Shown: piece by piece, positions 16,912 through 27,425 of the stretch
Numbering within the stretch: the stretch's first letter is position 1
How the letters are laid out: the number at the start of each line of letters is the position of its first letter
NCBI GenBank assembly: GCA_049280095.1
Contig: JBAPPL010000028.1
Coordinates: 260,362-324,361, forward strand
Direction: 5' to 3'
Origin: Candidatus Sulfotelmatobacter sp.
GTDB lineage: Bacteria; Acidobacteriota; Terriglobia; Terriglobales; Acidobacteriaceae
DNA: 64,000 nucleotides
Notes under the pieces: model-generated
Database searches by the model: none
What the model was told of the DNA's origin: nothing
What the model saw: only the letters and a program-made list of their open reading frames with translations
Translations under genes and position numbers: made by a program

Positions 16912-18183
16912 CTATCTCTTAACCCCAACGAAGACCACAGAGGCATCGTCGCGCACGCCCGAGCCATTCGCGAACGCGCGGACATCATCAACGATGCTGA
17001 CGGCAGACGCCTCAGCGCTGACCGCGTGATTGGCGAGCCGTTCCAGGCCATACTCCTGTTCATCCGCGTTTACCGCTTCGGTGATGCCGTCGCTGTAGAA
17101 GACGAGCCGCGATCCCTCCGAGAGGCTTATGCACGTTTCGGAATAATCTCCGCTGGCGATGCCGAGAGGCAGACCGCGCTCGGTGTCGAGGAAGTGCGCT
17201 CCATGCTCATCGATAAAGAGCGGATGCAAATGCCCTGCGTTCGCGAAGATCACAGTGCGCGTGGCCGGATCGAGCACAGCATAGACCATTGTGACGAATT
17301 TGCCTGCCGGAAAGTCATCGACCAGCAGGCAGTTCAGCTTGGTCAAGACCTCACCGGGACTGCAGCAGGCTTCCGCGAGAGACCGCAGCATTCCGCGGGT
17401 AGCCGACATCAGCAGAGCTGCGGCCGTGCCTTTTCCCGAGACATCCGCCAGCACCAATCCCCAGCGGCCATCGGGAAACGGGATGAAGTCGTACCAGTCT
17501 CCTCCAACAGCGCTGGCGGGGACGCTCAGACCCGAAATCACGAAGCCCGGGATGAAGGGCGAACTCTTCGGTAATAGCGCCTGCTGCATCACCCGGGCGT
17601 CCTGAGCCTCGCGCCTCATGGTTTCCCGTTCCGCGCGCTCTGATTGAAAACGGCGGGCATTGTGCACAGCCACGGCCACGTGATCGCACAGCGCCTGAAG
17701 TATTCTTATTTGCTCACGAGGAAAGGCGTCTAACTCGGGATGCGATGCGGTGAAGACGCCCACGAGGCGCTCGCCCACATGAAGTGGAATCACGACTTCA
17801 GAAAGTGTGTCGTGCTCGCATCCGATGTAGTAGTCGTCCTTGCGCACGTCGGGTGCATAGCGCATTTGGCCGGTTGAAGCCACATAGCCGACCATGCCTT
17901 CTTTGCCGATCTTCAGGCGATGGCCTTTGTGGTTGACGCTGCATCCATGAACGCCGGCGAGCACCATCTCGCCGTGTTCTTCGTCGTGCAGATAGATGCC
18001 GGCCTCCACGCAGCCGAAGGAACGGGCTACGTCGTTCACAATCTTGTCGACGAGCGGATCGAGTTCGAGAATCGAGGTGATCTTCTGCGCGGCTTTCTGC
18101 AGCTTTTTCAGATCCTCTACCTGATCGAAGCACGGCGGGCGCATAGGAACAGCGGCGGCGACAGGTCTGGGCATCGTGGACAT
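16912..18183 (-). CDS. GAF-domain PP2C/SpoIIE-family serine phosphatase
   Basis: N-terminal GAF-like region and C-terminal PPM region (GDWYDFIPFPDGRWGLVLADVSGKG..., FYSDGITEA, DDASVVFV). Confidence 0.8.
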   Translation of the reverse strand: MSTMPRPVAAAVPMRPPCFDQVEDLKKLQKAAQKITSILELDPLVDKIVNDVARSFGCVEAGIYLHDEEHGEMVLAGVHGCSVNHKGHRLKIGKEGMVGYVASTGQMRYAPDVRKDDYYIGCEHDTLSEVVIPLHVGERLVGVFTASHPELDAFPREQIRILQALCDHVAVAVHNARRFQSERAERETMRREAQDARVMQQALLPKSSPFIPGFVISGLSVPASAVGGDWYDFIPFPDGRWGLVLADVSGKGTAAALLMSATRGMLRSLAEACCSPGEVLTKLNCLLVDDFPAGKFVTMVYAVLDPATRTVIFANAGHLHPLFIDEHGAHFLDTERGLPLGIASGDYSETCISLSEGSRLVFYSDGITEAVNADEQEYGLERLANHAVSAEASAVSIVDDVRAFANGSGVRDDASVVFVGVKR

Positions 18184-18262
18184 GGGATTCAGCCCTTCTT
18201 AACGCCCGAGTGAGCGCAAAATCATACAGGTTTGTTCCTCTATAAGATGCGCTGTGACAGGT

Positions 18263-19633
18263 CTAAGATTCTTTCCTGGGGCGTGACGTTTTACTGGCGG
18301 CAGCGGGCGCACGCAGTTTCCTGATCTCTTCCATGCGCTCGCGGATGCGCTTCTCGATGCCCTCGTTGGTCGGCTTGTAGTAAACGCGATCCCGCAAATT
18401 GTCGGGCAGGCATTGCATGCTGGCAACTTTGCCTTCGACATCGTGCGCGTATTGATAATCTTTGCCGTAGCCCAGGCCTTTCATCAATCCTGTAGGAGCA
18501 TTGCGGAGGTGCAGCGGCACGGGTTCGGCGGCGGTTTGTTCGATATCCTGCTGGACATTTCCGTATGCGGTGTAAAGCGCATTCGACTTGGGTGCGACCG
18601 AGAGATAGACGACGGCCTGCGCCAGTGCGAGGTTGCCCTCGGGCATCCCGATGAAATCTACGGCATCGCGCGCGGCCATACATAATGAGAGCGCGTTGGG
18701 ATCGGCCAGGCCTATATCTTCGACCGCCATGCGGACCACGCGGCGCGCAATGTAGAGCGGATCTTCGCCGGCTTCGATCATGCGTCCCAGCCAGTAGAGC
18801 GCGGCGTCGGGATCGCTGTTACGCACCGACTTGTGCAGAGCTGAGATCAGGTTGTAATGCTCTTCGCCGGCCTTGTCGTAGAGTAGAGTGCGTTTCTGCA
18901 GAGCGTCGCGAACAATGTCGTCAGTGATTTCGGCCGGCTGTTTTCCCGCCTGGTGCGCTAGCCCTGCCGCAACTTCCAGCACGTTGTAGGCGCTGCGCGC
19001 ATCGCCGCTGGTGTAGCTGGCGATTTTCCTGAGGACATCGTCGGACGCGCGCACCTTCATTGTGCCCAGGCCGCGATCTTCATCCGTTAGCGCTCGCTTC
19101 AGCAGTTGCACGATCTGTTCTTCGGTGAGCGGCTTGAGAACGTACACGCGAGTCCGCGAAAGCAACGCACCGTTGATCTCGAACGACGGATTCTCGGTAG
19201 TGGCACCGATCAGTCGGATATTGCCCTTTTCCACATGAGGCAGGAAGGCATCCTGCTGGGCTTTGTTGAAGCGGTGAATCTCATCGATGAAGACGATGGT
19301 GCGTGTGCCGTATTGGCGGGCGCGTTCGGCGTCGGCCATGACCTGCTTGATCTCTTTGATTCCGGCGAGGACGGCGGAGAATTCGATGAATTCAGCCTTG
19401 GTCATGCGGGCGATTATCTTTGCCAACGTGGTTTTGCCGGTACCCGGCGGTCCCCAGAAGATGAGTGATCCCATGTCGTCGCGGTCGATCTGCGTGCGCA
19501 ACGGCTTGCCGGCGCCGATCAAGTGGTCCTGGCCGGCAAACTCTTCGAGCGTGCGCGGGCGCATGCGGTCCGCCAGCGGCCGGGTGCGGTCGGTGGCCGT
19601 GTCGGGGCTCGGAGTGGGTTGGAAAAGTCCCAT
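18263..19633 (-). CDS. rarA: replication-associated recombination protein A (AAA+ ATPase)
   Basis: LIFWGPPGTGKTTLAKIIA, VFIDEIHRFNKAQQDAFLP, and a MgsA C-terminal domain. Confidence 0.9.
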   Translation of the reverse strand: MGLFQPTPSPDTATDRTRPLADRMRPRTLEEFAGQDHLIGAGKPLRTQIDRDDMGSLIFWGPPGTGKTTLAKIIARMTKAEFIEFSAVLAGIKEIKQVMADAERARQYGTRTIVFIDEIHRFNKAQQDAFLPHVEKGNIRLIGATTENPSFEINGALLSRTRVYVLKPLTEEQIVQLLKRALTDEDRGLGTMKVRASDDVLRKIASYTSGDARSAYNVLEVAAGLAHQAGKQPAEITDDIVRDALQKRTLLYDKAGEEHYNLISALHKSVRNSDPDAALYWLGRMIEAGEDPLYIARRVVRMAVEDIGLADPNALSLCMAARDAVDFIGMPEGNLALAQAVVYLSVAPKSNALYTAYGNVQQDIEQTAAEPVPLHLRNAPTGLMKGLGYGKDYQYAHDVEGKVASMQCLPDNLRDRVYYKPTNEGIEKRIRERMEEIRKLRAPAAASKTSRPRKES

Positions 19634-19640
19634 GGAGGAT

Positions 19641-19698
19641 GCTCCTAGCTTCTAGCTGCTGGCTACTAGCTAAAAGCTAGGGGCTAGAAGCTAGGAGC
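19641..19698. repeat. heptamer (nnAGCTn) array forming a 16-bp inverted repeat
   Basis: GCTCCTAGCTTCTAGC (19641-19656) is the exact reverse complement of GCTAGAAGCTAGGAGC (19683-19698). There is an inner CTAGC/GCTAG stem. The element spans the trmH-like stop and the rarA Shine-Dalgarno. Confidence 0.85.
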
Positions 19699-20564
19699 CT
19701 TCTCTGCCTCGCTGCCTCGTAAAGCACGATGCTCGCTGCCACGCCGGCGTTGAGAGATTCCACCTGCTGCGTGTGAGGAATGGAGATGAATTCGTCCATT
19801 TTGGCCATTGTTTCGCGCGGCAGGCCGGCGCCCTCATTGCCGAAAAAGATCGCGGTCGCACCCTTCAAGTCTGCCTGATCCAGCGGCGTTCCTTTGTGCG
19901 AGGAAGTTGCAATCAGGCGCACATCTTTTGCTCGCAGCTTGTTTGAAACTTCTTCTAACTTTGCTGTAGACGACTTTCCGCGCGCGTGAGATTGCCCGTG
20001 AACTACGGGCAGACGGAACACCGATCCAGCCGAGGCGCGCACGACTTTCGAGTTGAACGGGCTGACTGTGCCATCACCCAAAACCACTCCCGCGCTACCA
20101 AACGCTTCGGACGAGCGAAGGATTGTGCCCAGGTTGCCTGGGTCTTGCAGTCCGGCCAACACAACGATCGGGCCGACTTGCGACCGTTCTTCCTCCATGA
20201 GATCGTCGAGCGAAAATTCCTTCAGGCGAACCAAAGCGACTACGCCTTGGGGCGATTCGCTGGGCACGAGGCTGTCGAACAATTTGTCGGGGAGCAGCAG
20301 AGTTTCGACCTGAGCACCGAGTTGCGGTAGCAGGCGTTCTGCCCGGTCTTGGGCTGATTCACGAAAGAACACTGCGCTGAAGCGCAGGCCACTGCGGATG
20401 GCCTCTTCCAGGATGCGCAAGCCTTCGATCGCGCAATCTCCGCTTTCGGTGAGTTCGGCGCGTGAAAATGCCTGGCGTAGCTGTTTGACCAGCGGGTTGT
20501 GGCGCCCTTCAATGCGGCGTAGCCTGTGCTGCACGCTGAGCGCGGGTTCTGAGGATTTTCCCAT
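19677..20564 (-). CDS. TrmH/SpoU-family RNA 2'-O-methyltransferase
   Basis: VLAGLQDPGNLGTILRSSEAFG..., IFFGNEGAGLP..., ESLNAGVAASIVLYE. Confidence 0.85.
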   Translation of the reverse strand: MGKSSEPALSVQHRLRRIEGRHNPLVKQLRQAFSRAELTESGDCAIEGLRILEEAIRSGLRFSAVFFRESAQDRAERLLPQLGAQVETLLLPDKLFDSLVPSESPQGVVALVRLKEFSLDDLMEEERSQVGPIVVLAGLQDPGNLGTILRSSEAFGSAGVVLGDGTVSPFNSKVVRASAGSVFRLPVVHGQSHARGKSSTAKLEEVSNKLRAKDVRLIATSSHKGTPLDQADLKGATAIFFGNEGAGLPRETMAKMDEFISIPHTQQVESLNAGVAASIVLYEAARQRRLLASSP

Positions 20565-20670
20565 CGGACATAGACCGCTAATTGTTACTGAATGATACGC
20601 CGCATGCGCGTCTTGCGGCCCTTTGCCGTATTATGGTAGGTTCCACGGACAAAATATTCCAAGCGGAATT

Positions 20671-21336
20671 ATGCGGGAAGGGAGCGCTGTGCGCGCCGAA
20701 ATCCTAAAAATCAATTGTGATACCCCTGAGAGTTCACTGGTCAAGTACGCCGCCGATCAGATTCGCGCCGGCGAGGTACTGGGCATGCCGACCGATACCT
20801 TTTACGGGCTGGCTGCCGATCCGTTCAACCTGCGCGCCGTCGACCGGGTATACGACATCAAGACCCGCTCGCGGCACAAACCGTTGTCGCTGCTCATCGA
20901 AAGCGTAGATCAGGCGGAAGAGCTAGCCAAATCGTTGCCCGAAGAATTTTACGCTCTGGCGCGGCAATACTGGCCGGGACCGCTCACCATCATTGTGAAA
21001 GCCGGGTCACGTCTTCCCCTGAAAGTGACTGCTAATACCGGCAACGTGGCGCTGCGCGTGCCGAATGCCCAGATTCCGCGGGCGGTGGTTGCGGCCGCGG
21101 CCATTCCGATCACGGCTACGTCGGCCAATCTGAGTGGGGCTTCGGAATGTACCAGCGCCGAGCAGGTGCGCGACCAACTCGAGGGGCGCATCAGCATTAT
21201 CGTGGACGGCGGAACTTCCCCCCGCGACATCGCTTCCACCATCATTGACCTCACCGACGAAGGTGCGCGCTGGCGAGTTATCCGGGAAGGTGCGATCCCG
21301 GCCGAGGAAATTTCCACGTTCTTCGCTAAAGGATGA
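20671..21336 (+). CDS. tsaC: L-threonylcarbamoyladenylate synthase (TsaC/YrdC/Sua5 family)
   Basis: GEVLGMPTDTFYGLAADPFN, YWPGPLTIIV, ALRVPN..., TATSANLSG. Start is ambiguous (TTG 20623, ATG 20671 or GTG 20690). Confidence 0.85.
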   Translation: MREGSAVRAEILKINCDTPESSLVKYAADQIRAGEVLGMPTDTFYGLAADPFNLRAVDRVYDIKTRSRHKPLSLLIESVDQAEELAKSLPEEFYALARQYWPGPLTIIVKAGSRLPLKVTANTGNVALRVPNAQIPRAVVAAAAIPITATSANLSGASECTSAEQVRDQLEGRISIIVDGGTSPRDIASTIIDLTDEGARWRVIREGAIPAEEISTFFAKG

Positions 21337-21363
21337 CTCACGCCAAAGGATGATCGCCAGAGG

Positions 21364-21993
21364 ATGACTGACAATTCTGTCAACCGGCATCCCCGACGCC
21401 GCTCGCTGCAGTGGCTGGAGGCGCTTGGGCTGGCGGTATTGGCTGCGCTGGTTTGGTTCGTTATCCTGACAGTGATCGGCATTGTGCATCAGGGAACGCT
21501 ACAGGAAGTCCACCCGGCAGATGCCATTGTCGTATTCGGCGCGGCGGAGTATTCCGGCCGTCCCTCACCCGTGTTGCGGGCGCGGCTCGATCATGCCTTC
21601 GATCTTTTCGAGAAGGGGATCGCTCCCGTGGTGATTGTCACCGGCGGCGCGGCTTCGGATCCCAGCTTCAGCGAAGGCGGTGTGGGCAGCGATTACCTGA
21701 AGCACCGCGGGATTCCGGAGCGCGACCTGATCGCCGAGACCCAAGGTTCCGACACGGCTCAATCGGCGGTGCGGGTGGCTGTGATCATGCGTGCCAATGG
21801 ACTGCACAGTTGCGTGGCCGTCAGTGATGCGTATCACGTGTTTCGCATTAAGAGGCTGCTGGAACATGAGGGCATCGGCCCGGTGTATGTTGCGCCCCGG
21901 CCTGATTCGCGCCCGCACAGTGTCGCGCAGCGGGCGTATGCGGTAATGCGGGAAGCGACCAGCTACTTGCTGTGGAAGCTGGGAATGAGCTAA
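21364..21993 (+). CDS. YdcF/DUF218-family (SanA/ElyC-like) protein
   Basis: N-terminal TM, then DAIVVFGAAEYSGRPSPVLRARLDHAFDLFEKGIAPVVIVTGG. Confidence 0.75.
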   Translation: MTDNSVNRHPRRRSLQWLEALGLAVLAALVWFVILTVIGIVHQGTLQEVHPADAIVVFGAAEYSGRPSPVLRARLDHAFDLFEKGIAPVVIVTGGAASDPSFSEGGVGSDYLKHRGIPERDLIAETQGSDTAQSAVRVAVIMRANGLHSCVAVSDAYHVFRIKRLLEHEGIGPVYVAPRPDSRPHSVAQRAYAVMREATSYLLWKLGMS

Positions 21994-22067
21994 GGGGCTT
22001 TCTGAGTTTCCCAGTTACTCATTTCATTACGAACTCCGGGCGTTGTCACCGCGGACACTGAAACCAA

Positions 22068-22092
22068 GGTCCCTCGCTTTGCTCGGGATGAC
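22068..22092. repeat. REP-A variant (GGTCCCTCGCTTTGCTCGGGATGAC)
   Basis: Matches the arms of the element at 25841-25943. Confidence 0.65.
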
Positions 22093-22131
22093 AAGGACAG
22101 TGGGCGACCTCTCGCAACTGTGAACCACCTC

Positions 22132-22656
22132 TTACCAGTCGTTGCGCTCTCGCAGGCTCGTGATGTGCGCGACGTGATGGCGTCCATGCCAGGAGTAGAG
22201 CGCGAGGTTCTTTTCCAGGCTCACCAGACCGAGCTCGGGATGGCGAAAAGAGCGCTTCCAATCTTCCGGCTGAAGTGACCTCAGCAGGCGAACCCATCGG
22301 TCGTGCAATGAATCGAGCATCGCCAGTGAGACTTCCACCGGGGTCGCCTGTGTGTCAGCCAACTGCGCCCAGCGATCTTCGGCGTAGGGCTTGATCGTCG
22401 GTTCCTCCTCGGTGAGGGCCAGCTTGAAGCGCACGTAGGCGTTGAGATGACTGTCGGGCACGTGGTGCGCGACCTGGCGCACGGTCCAGCCATCGGGGCG
22501 GTAGGGCGTATCGAGTTGCTTGTCCGAGAGCCCTTTCACCGCTTTGCGCAGGTTGGCCGGGGCCTGGGAGATGTCGTCGATAGACTTTTTTCTCTGCTCT
22601 TCTGTAGGTGGTCCGTCGAAGTGGAACTTGCCGATGGGGTAGCGCGGGTCGGTCAT
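22132..22656 (-). CDS. DinB/YfiT-family metal-dependent protein
   Basis: MTDPRYPIGKF..., WTVRQVAHHVPDSHLNAY, SWHGRHHVAHI. The internal ATG at 22656 gives the typical length of about 175 aa. Confidence 0.8.
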   Translation of the reverse strand: MTDPRYPIGKFHFDGPPTEEQRKKSIDDISQAPANLRKAVKGLSDKQLDTPYRPDGWTVRQVAHHVPDSHLNAYVRFKLALTEEEPTIKPYAEDRWAQLADTQATPVEVSLAMLDSLHDRWVRLLRSLQPEDWKRSFRHPELGLVSLEKNLALYSWHGRHHVAHITSLRERNDW

Positions 22657-22968
22657 TAGCTCTCTCCAAGAACGAGGGTGTTCTTTGACAGATGATCCCT
22701 GGAACTCAATAGGTTCAAGAAGGCGGCCCGCAGTCGGAGGCTTCCCGGTTCGCTGAAACGGAGTCGCACGAGTGGCAGGAACCCTTTCTGTAACTACAAC
22801 CCCTAGGGCGTCGGAGCGCCCCACCCCATTCCCTCCGGCTTCGCATTTCGATTCCCTATGCCCTAAGATTTGTGCAACGAAAAGCTCGTTTCTAGGCTAA
22901 ACTCCCAATTCTGGGCGGTTTATGTCTCCATGGGTGCAGCGATTGCATCTCACTGAACGAGAGGAACT

Positions 22969-23814
22969 ATGGCAGCGTCAGTCTGGTCTGGACACTTAAC
23001 CTTCGGTCTCATCTCCATGCCGGTGCGCTTGTTTTCAGGCGCGCGCAGCAGCGGCATCTCTTTCAACATGCTGCATCGCACCGACAAATCGCGGCTGAAG
23101 CAGCAGTACATTTGTCAGTTGGAGGGCGTCGTCGTAGACCGCGCCGACATGGTGAAAGGCTACGAGTTTCGCAAGGACGAATACATCATCATCGAGCCGG
23201 AAGAGATCAAGAAGATCGAGCCGCAGACTGCGAAGACCATGGAGATTCTGGAATTCGTCAAGGCGGGCGACGTGGATCCCGTGTATTTCGAGTCTTCGTA
23301 TTACATGCTGCCGGAAGAGGCGGGGCGGCGTCCTTACGCGCTGCTCACCAAAGCGTTAGAGGAAAGCGAATATGTTGCCATCGCCAAGATCACCATGCAC
23401 AACCGCGAATACACGGTGTTCCTGCGGCCGCACGAAGGCGGACTGATGCTGCACACCATGTACTACGCGGAAGAAGTGAAGAAGGTGGAGGGCTTTGGCG
23501 CGCCCGATGTGGAATTGAGAGAAGCGGAAGTAAAAGTCGCACACCAACTCATCGAAGCGCTGGCGGACAAATGGGATCCGGAGAAATATAAAGACAGCTT
23601 CCAGGAAAATCTAAAAAAACTGATCGAGGCCAAGCTCGAGGGCGGGGAAGTCGCGGCAGTCGAGAAGCCGAAGAAGTTGGCTCCGGTGGTCGACTTGATG
23701 GCTGCCCTCAAGCAGAGCCTGGCGCAGATGGAAGGCAAGAAAAAGCCCGCAGCCACGGCTAAATCAGAGGAGCCAGCGGCCGCGGCCGGCGGCAAGTCGC
23801 GGCGCGGCAGATAG
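22969..23814 (+). CDS. ku: Ku protein (non-homologous end joining)
   Basis: WSGHLTFGLISMPVRLFSGA..., YYMLPEE, and a Lys-rich C-terminal tail. Confidence 0.9.
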   Translation: MAASVWSGHLTFGLISMPVRLFSGARSSGISFNMLHRTDKSRLKQQYICQLEGVVVDRADMVKGYEFRKDEYIIIEPEEIKKIEPQTAKTMEILEFVKAGDVDPVYFESSYYMLPEEAGRRPYALLTKALEESEYVAIAKITMHNREYTVFLRPHEGGLMLHTMYYAEEVKKVEGFGAPDVELREAEVKVAHQLIEALADKWDPEKYKDSFQENLKKLIEAKLEGGEVAAVEKPKKLAPVVDLMAALKQSLAQMEGKKKPAATAKSEEPAAAAGGKSRRGR

Positions 23815-24028
23815 AGCAAGATCAGGGTCTCAGGTAGTGGGTGTTAGGTCTCGGGCAAAACCCGAACACCTGGCATCTAAGAGCTGCTTTTCGCCCCGTC
23901 CAACTTGTATTCGAAGAAGTGCATCCCATCCGGTCAGAGCACTGGCACAGATCGCGGCCAGCCGTTAGAATGTTTAATTCCTTGTGTAGTCTGAAACGCG
24001 TCACCAGAACTTTTCCCTTGGGGTGCTG

Positions 24029-25819
24029 ATGAGTCTTCGATGTGTGGGCCGATTGGCGGCCATGGTGCTTATCACCCTGCTGTTCACGGCGTGTGGCCAG
24101 GTCTACCGTCCCGTGGTCATTCCCTGCTCGGAGAACGGAATTCCTGGGTGTCCGGTGCAGACCCCTCCCATTCCGGAAAATTTCCACGCTGTCTTCGCCA
24201 TCAGCACCAACGCCCCGAACAACCCGGGCGGAGCTCTGCAGATTGACGTCTCCGGAGACTCCATCATCGCGGAAACACCCACCTCCAACCCGAGTGCGAC
24301 CAACCTCGGCGACATTCCAACGCATGCTGCTATTCTGCCCAACGATTCGAGAGTGTTCGTCGCCAGCGTGGGTAGCGTTTCGGGCGGGATTGACGGAGTC
24401 TCCTCCTTTACCACGTCTTCCCAGTCCCCGTTCTCGAGCGGATTTGGTCCGGTAAATTCCCCTACGTTGCCGAGTCAGGCATCCGGCATCACGGCGATCA
24501 GCGAAGCGGGTAATCTCGTGACGGCGACGCTGAGCGCCCCTTGGACCAATGTCGCAGCAGGATATGCCATCGTTATCGCGGGCGTGGTCATTCCCAATTG
24601 CAAACTGCCTGCTTGTGACCCCAACTCCTACGATGGCGGCTTTACCCTTGCTTCGATCGACGGGACGGGCACGATCATCCAGTACGTAAATCCAGCCGCT
24701 GGACTCGCCCCCGTATCATCCATTGGAATCGCAACGTTTCCACCACAGCCCGTTTTCGTCAACAGCACCCAGAACAACTTCATGTATTCGGCGAACTACA
24801 ATTCCAATTCAGTCTTTGCGCTCAACACGTCAGTGGATGCCGTCACCAACAGCGCCTCGGTAGGAATTCATCCCGTGAGTCTGGCCGAGCTTCCGAACGG
24901 GACCAAGCTCTACGTGGCAAATCAGGGAACCAGCCAGGCGACCAGCTCGATCAGCAGTTTGAACGTTGCTGATCTCTCGCCGAACCCGGTGACCGGTTTT
25001 ACCGGAACAAATCCGGTCTGGATAGTGGCGCGCGGCGACAGTCAGAAAATTTATGTGCTAACCCAGGGCGACGGACAACTGGTGACGATCGACACCGCCA
25101 CAGACACCGTTTCGAGCAGCCTACCGGTGGGCGCAGGAGCCAACTTCATTTTCTTTGATCCCAATCTCAATCGCCTTTACGTGACGAATCCTGTGACCAG
25201 CAAGGTCTACGTTTTTTCCGACACCGGCGGAGCCAACGACACTCCGGCTCAGCTGGCAGCGATCTCATTCGCGGCGGGGTCAGCGCCATGTCCTTCGGGA
25301 TGCGCGCCCACCTCAGTGACGGCGCTGGCGGATGGAACCCGATTTTACGTAGCCAGCTACCAGATGGCTGCAGCTTGTCCCCAGGGAAGTGGTGTGGCGG
25401 GGCCCTGCGTTATCCCCGGCCTCACCGTGTTCAACGCGAATAGCCTCAGCTTGCAGTATCCCGGCGCGCCAACTCTGAGTTTGCTGAGTTCTCCTTTCGC
25501 AGTGGGTCAAACTGCGGTTCCGCCCGTGGCCGCTTGCGTCTCGCCGGTGCTGCCCGCTCTCTACGCACCCGGCGCCACTCGCTTCCGGATGTTCACCACC
25601 GCCTCAGTGGACAGCAGCCACGTCTACGTGAGCATGTGCGACGCCGGCTATATCGCCGACATCATTACAACCGGCAGCAACACCAACGGCAGCGGCGACG
25701 GCAATGTGTCCCCCGATACCCTGGTCACCGACCTGCCCACAGCTTTCGGCGCCGGGCCGATACAAGCGAGCGGCTACCCGGCGAATCAGAATCCGATTTT
25801 CATGATGCCCGGGCAGTAG
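24029..25819 (+). CDS. secreted or lipoprotein beta-propeller repeat protein (YVTN-type)
   Basis: Signal peptide with lipobox-like LLFTAC. Repeated LYVAN/IYVLT/LYVTN propeller-type motifs. Confidence 0.6.
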   Translation: MSLRCVGRLAAMVLITLLFTACGQVYRPVVIPCSENGIPGCPVQTPPIPENFHAVFAISTNAPNNPGGALQIDVSGDSIIAETPTSNPSATNLGDIPTHAAILPNDSRVFVASVGSVSGGIDGVSSFTTSSQSPFSSGFGPVNSPTLPSQASGITAISEAGNLVTATLSAPWTNVAAGYAIVIAGVVIPNCKLPACDPNSYDGGFTLASIDGTGTIIQYVNPAAGLAPVSSIGIATFPPQPVFVNSTQNNFMYSANYNSNSVFALNTSVDAVTNSASVGIHPVSLAELPNGTKLYVANQGTSQATSSISSLNVADLSPNPVTGFTGTNPVWIVARGDSQKIYVLTQGDGQLVTIDTATDTVSSSLPVGAGANFIFFDPNLNRLYVTNPVTSKVYVFSDTGGANDTPAQLAAISFAAGSAPCPSGCAPTSVTALADGTRFYVASYQMAAACPQGSGVAGPCVIPGLTVFNANSLSLQYPGAPTLSLLSSPFAVGQTAVPPVAACVSPVLPALYAPGATRFRMFTTASVDSSHVYVSMCDAGYIADIITTGSNTNGSGDGNVSPDTLVTDLPTAFGAGPIQASGYPANQNPIFMMPGQ

Positions 25820-25840
25820 CCGGCTCGTGGAGGAACGGCC

Positions 25841-25943
25841 CGTCATCCCGAGCGAAGCGAGGGATCGTGGTTTCTGCCTGCATCGTCAAGATTGAGCTGA
25901 CCCAGACAAACACCAGGATCCCTCGCTTCGCTCGGGATGACAG
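25841..25943. repeat. MITE-like REP-A pair: 25-bp perfect inverted repeats around a 50-bp core
   Basis: GTCATCCCGAGCGAAGCGAGGGATC (25842-25866) is the exact reverse complement of 25917-25941. Confidence 0.85.
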
Positions 25944-26012
25944 AAGCAGGAGAGACTGACCGGAGAGACTGAGCGGGAGCCCGGATGACAGGTTCGATGA
26001 AGCCGGACGACG

Positions 26013-27266
<1,254 letters not shown>

Positions 27267-27425
27267 GGGAACCTCTATTTTAGCATGCGGCAAGAGCGTG
27301 CTGGCACCAGCGCAGGCAACGTTGTGCAGTTGAAGCTCTGGAATATAATCCCTGCAACGTGCGTCGGCGCGCGGGTTGTCGTCGAATCGAGACGCTGGCA
27401 CCGGGGCGTATCTGTAAGGAGATTT

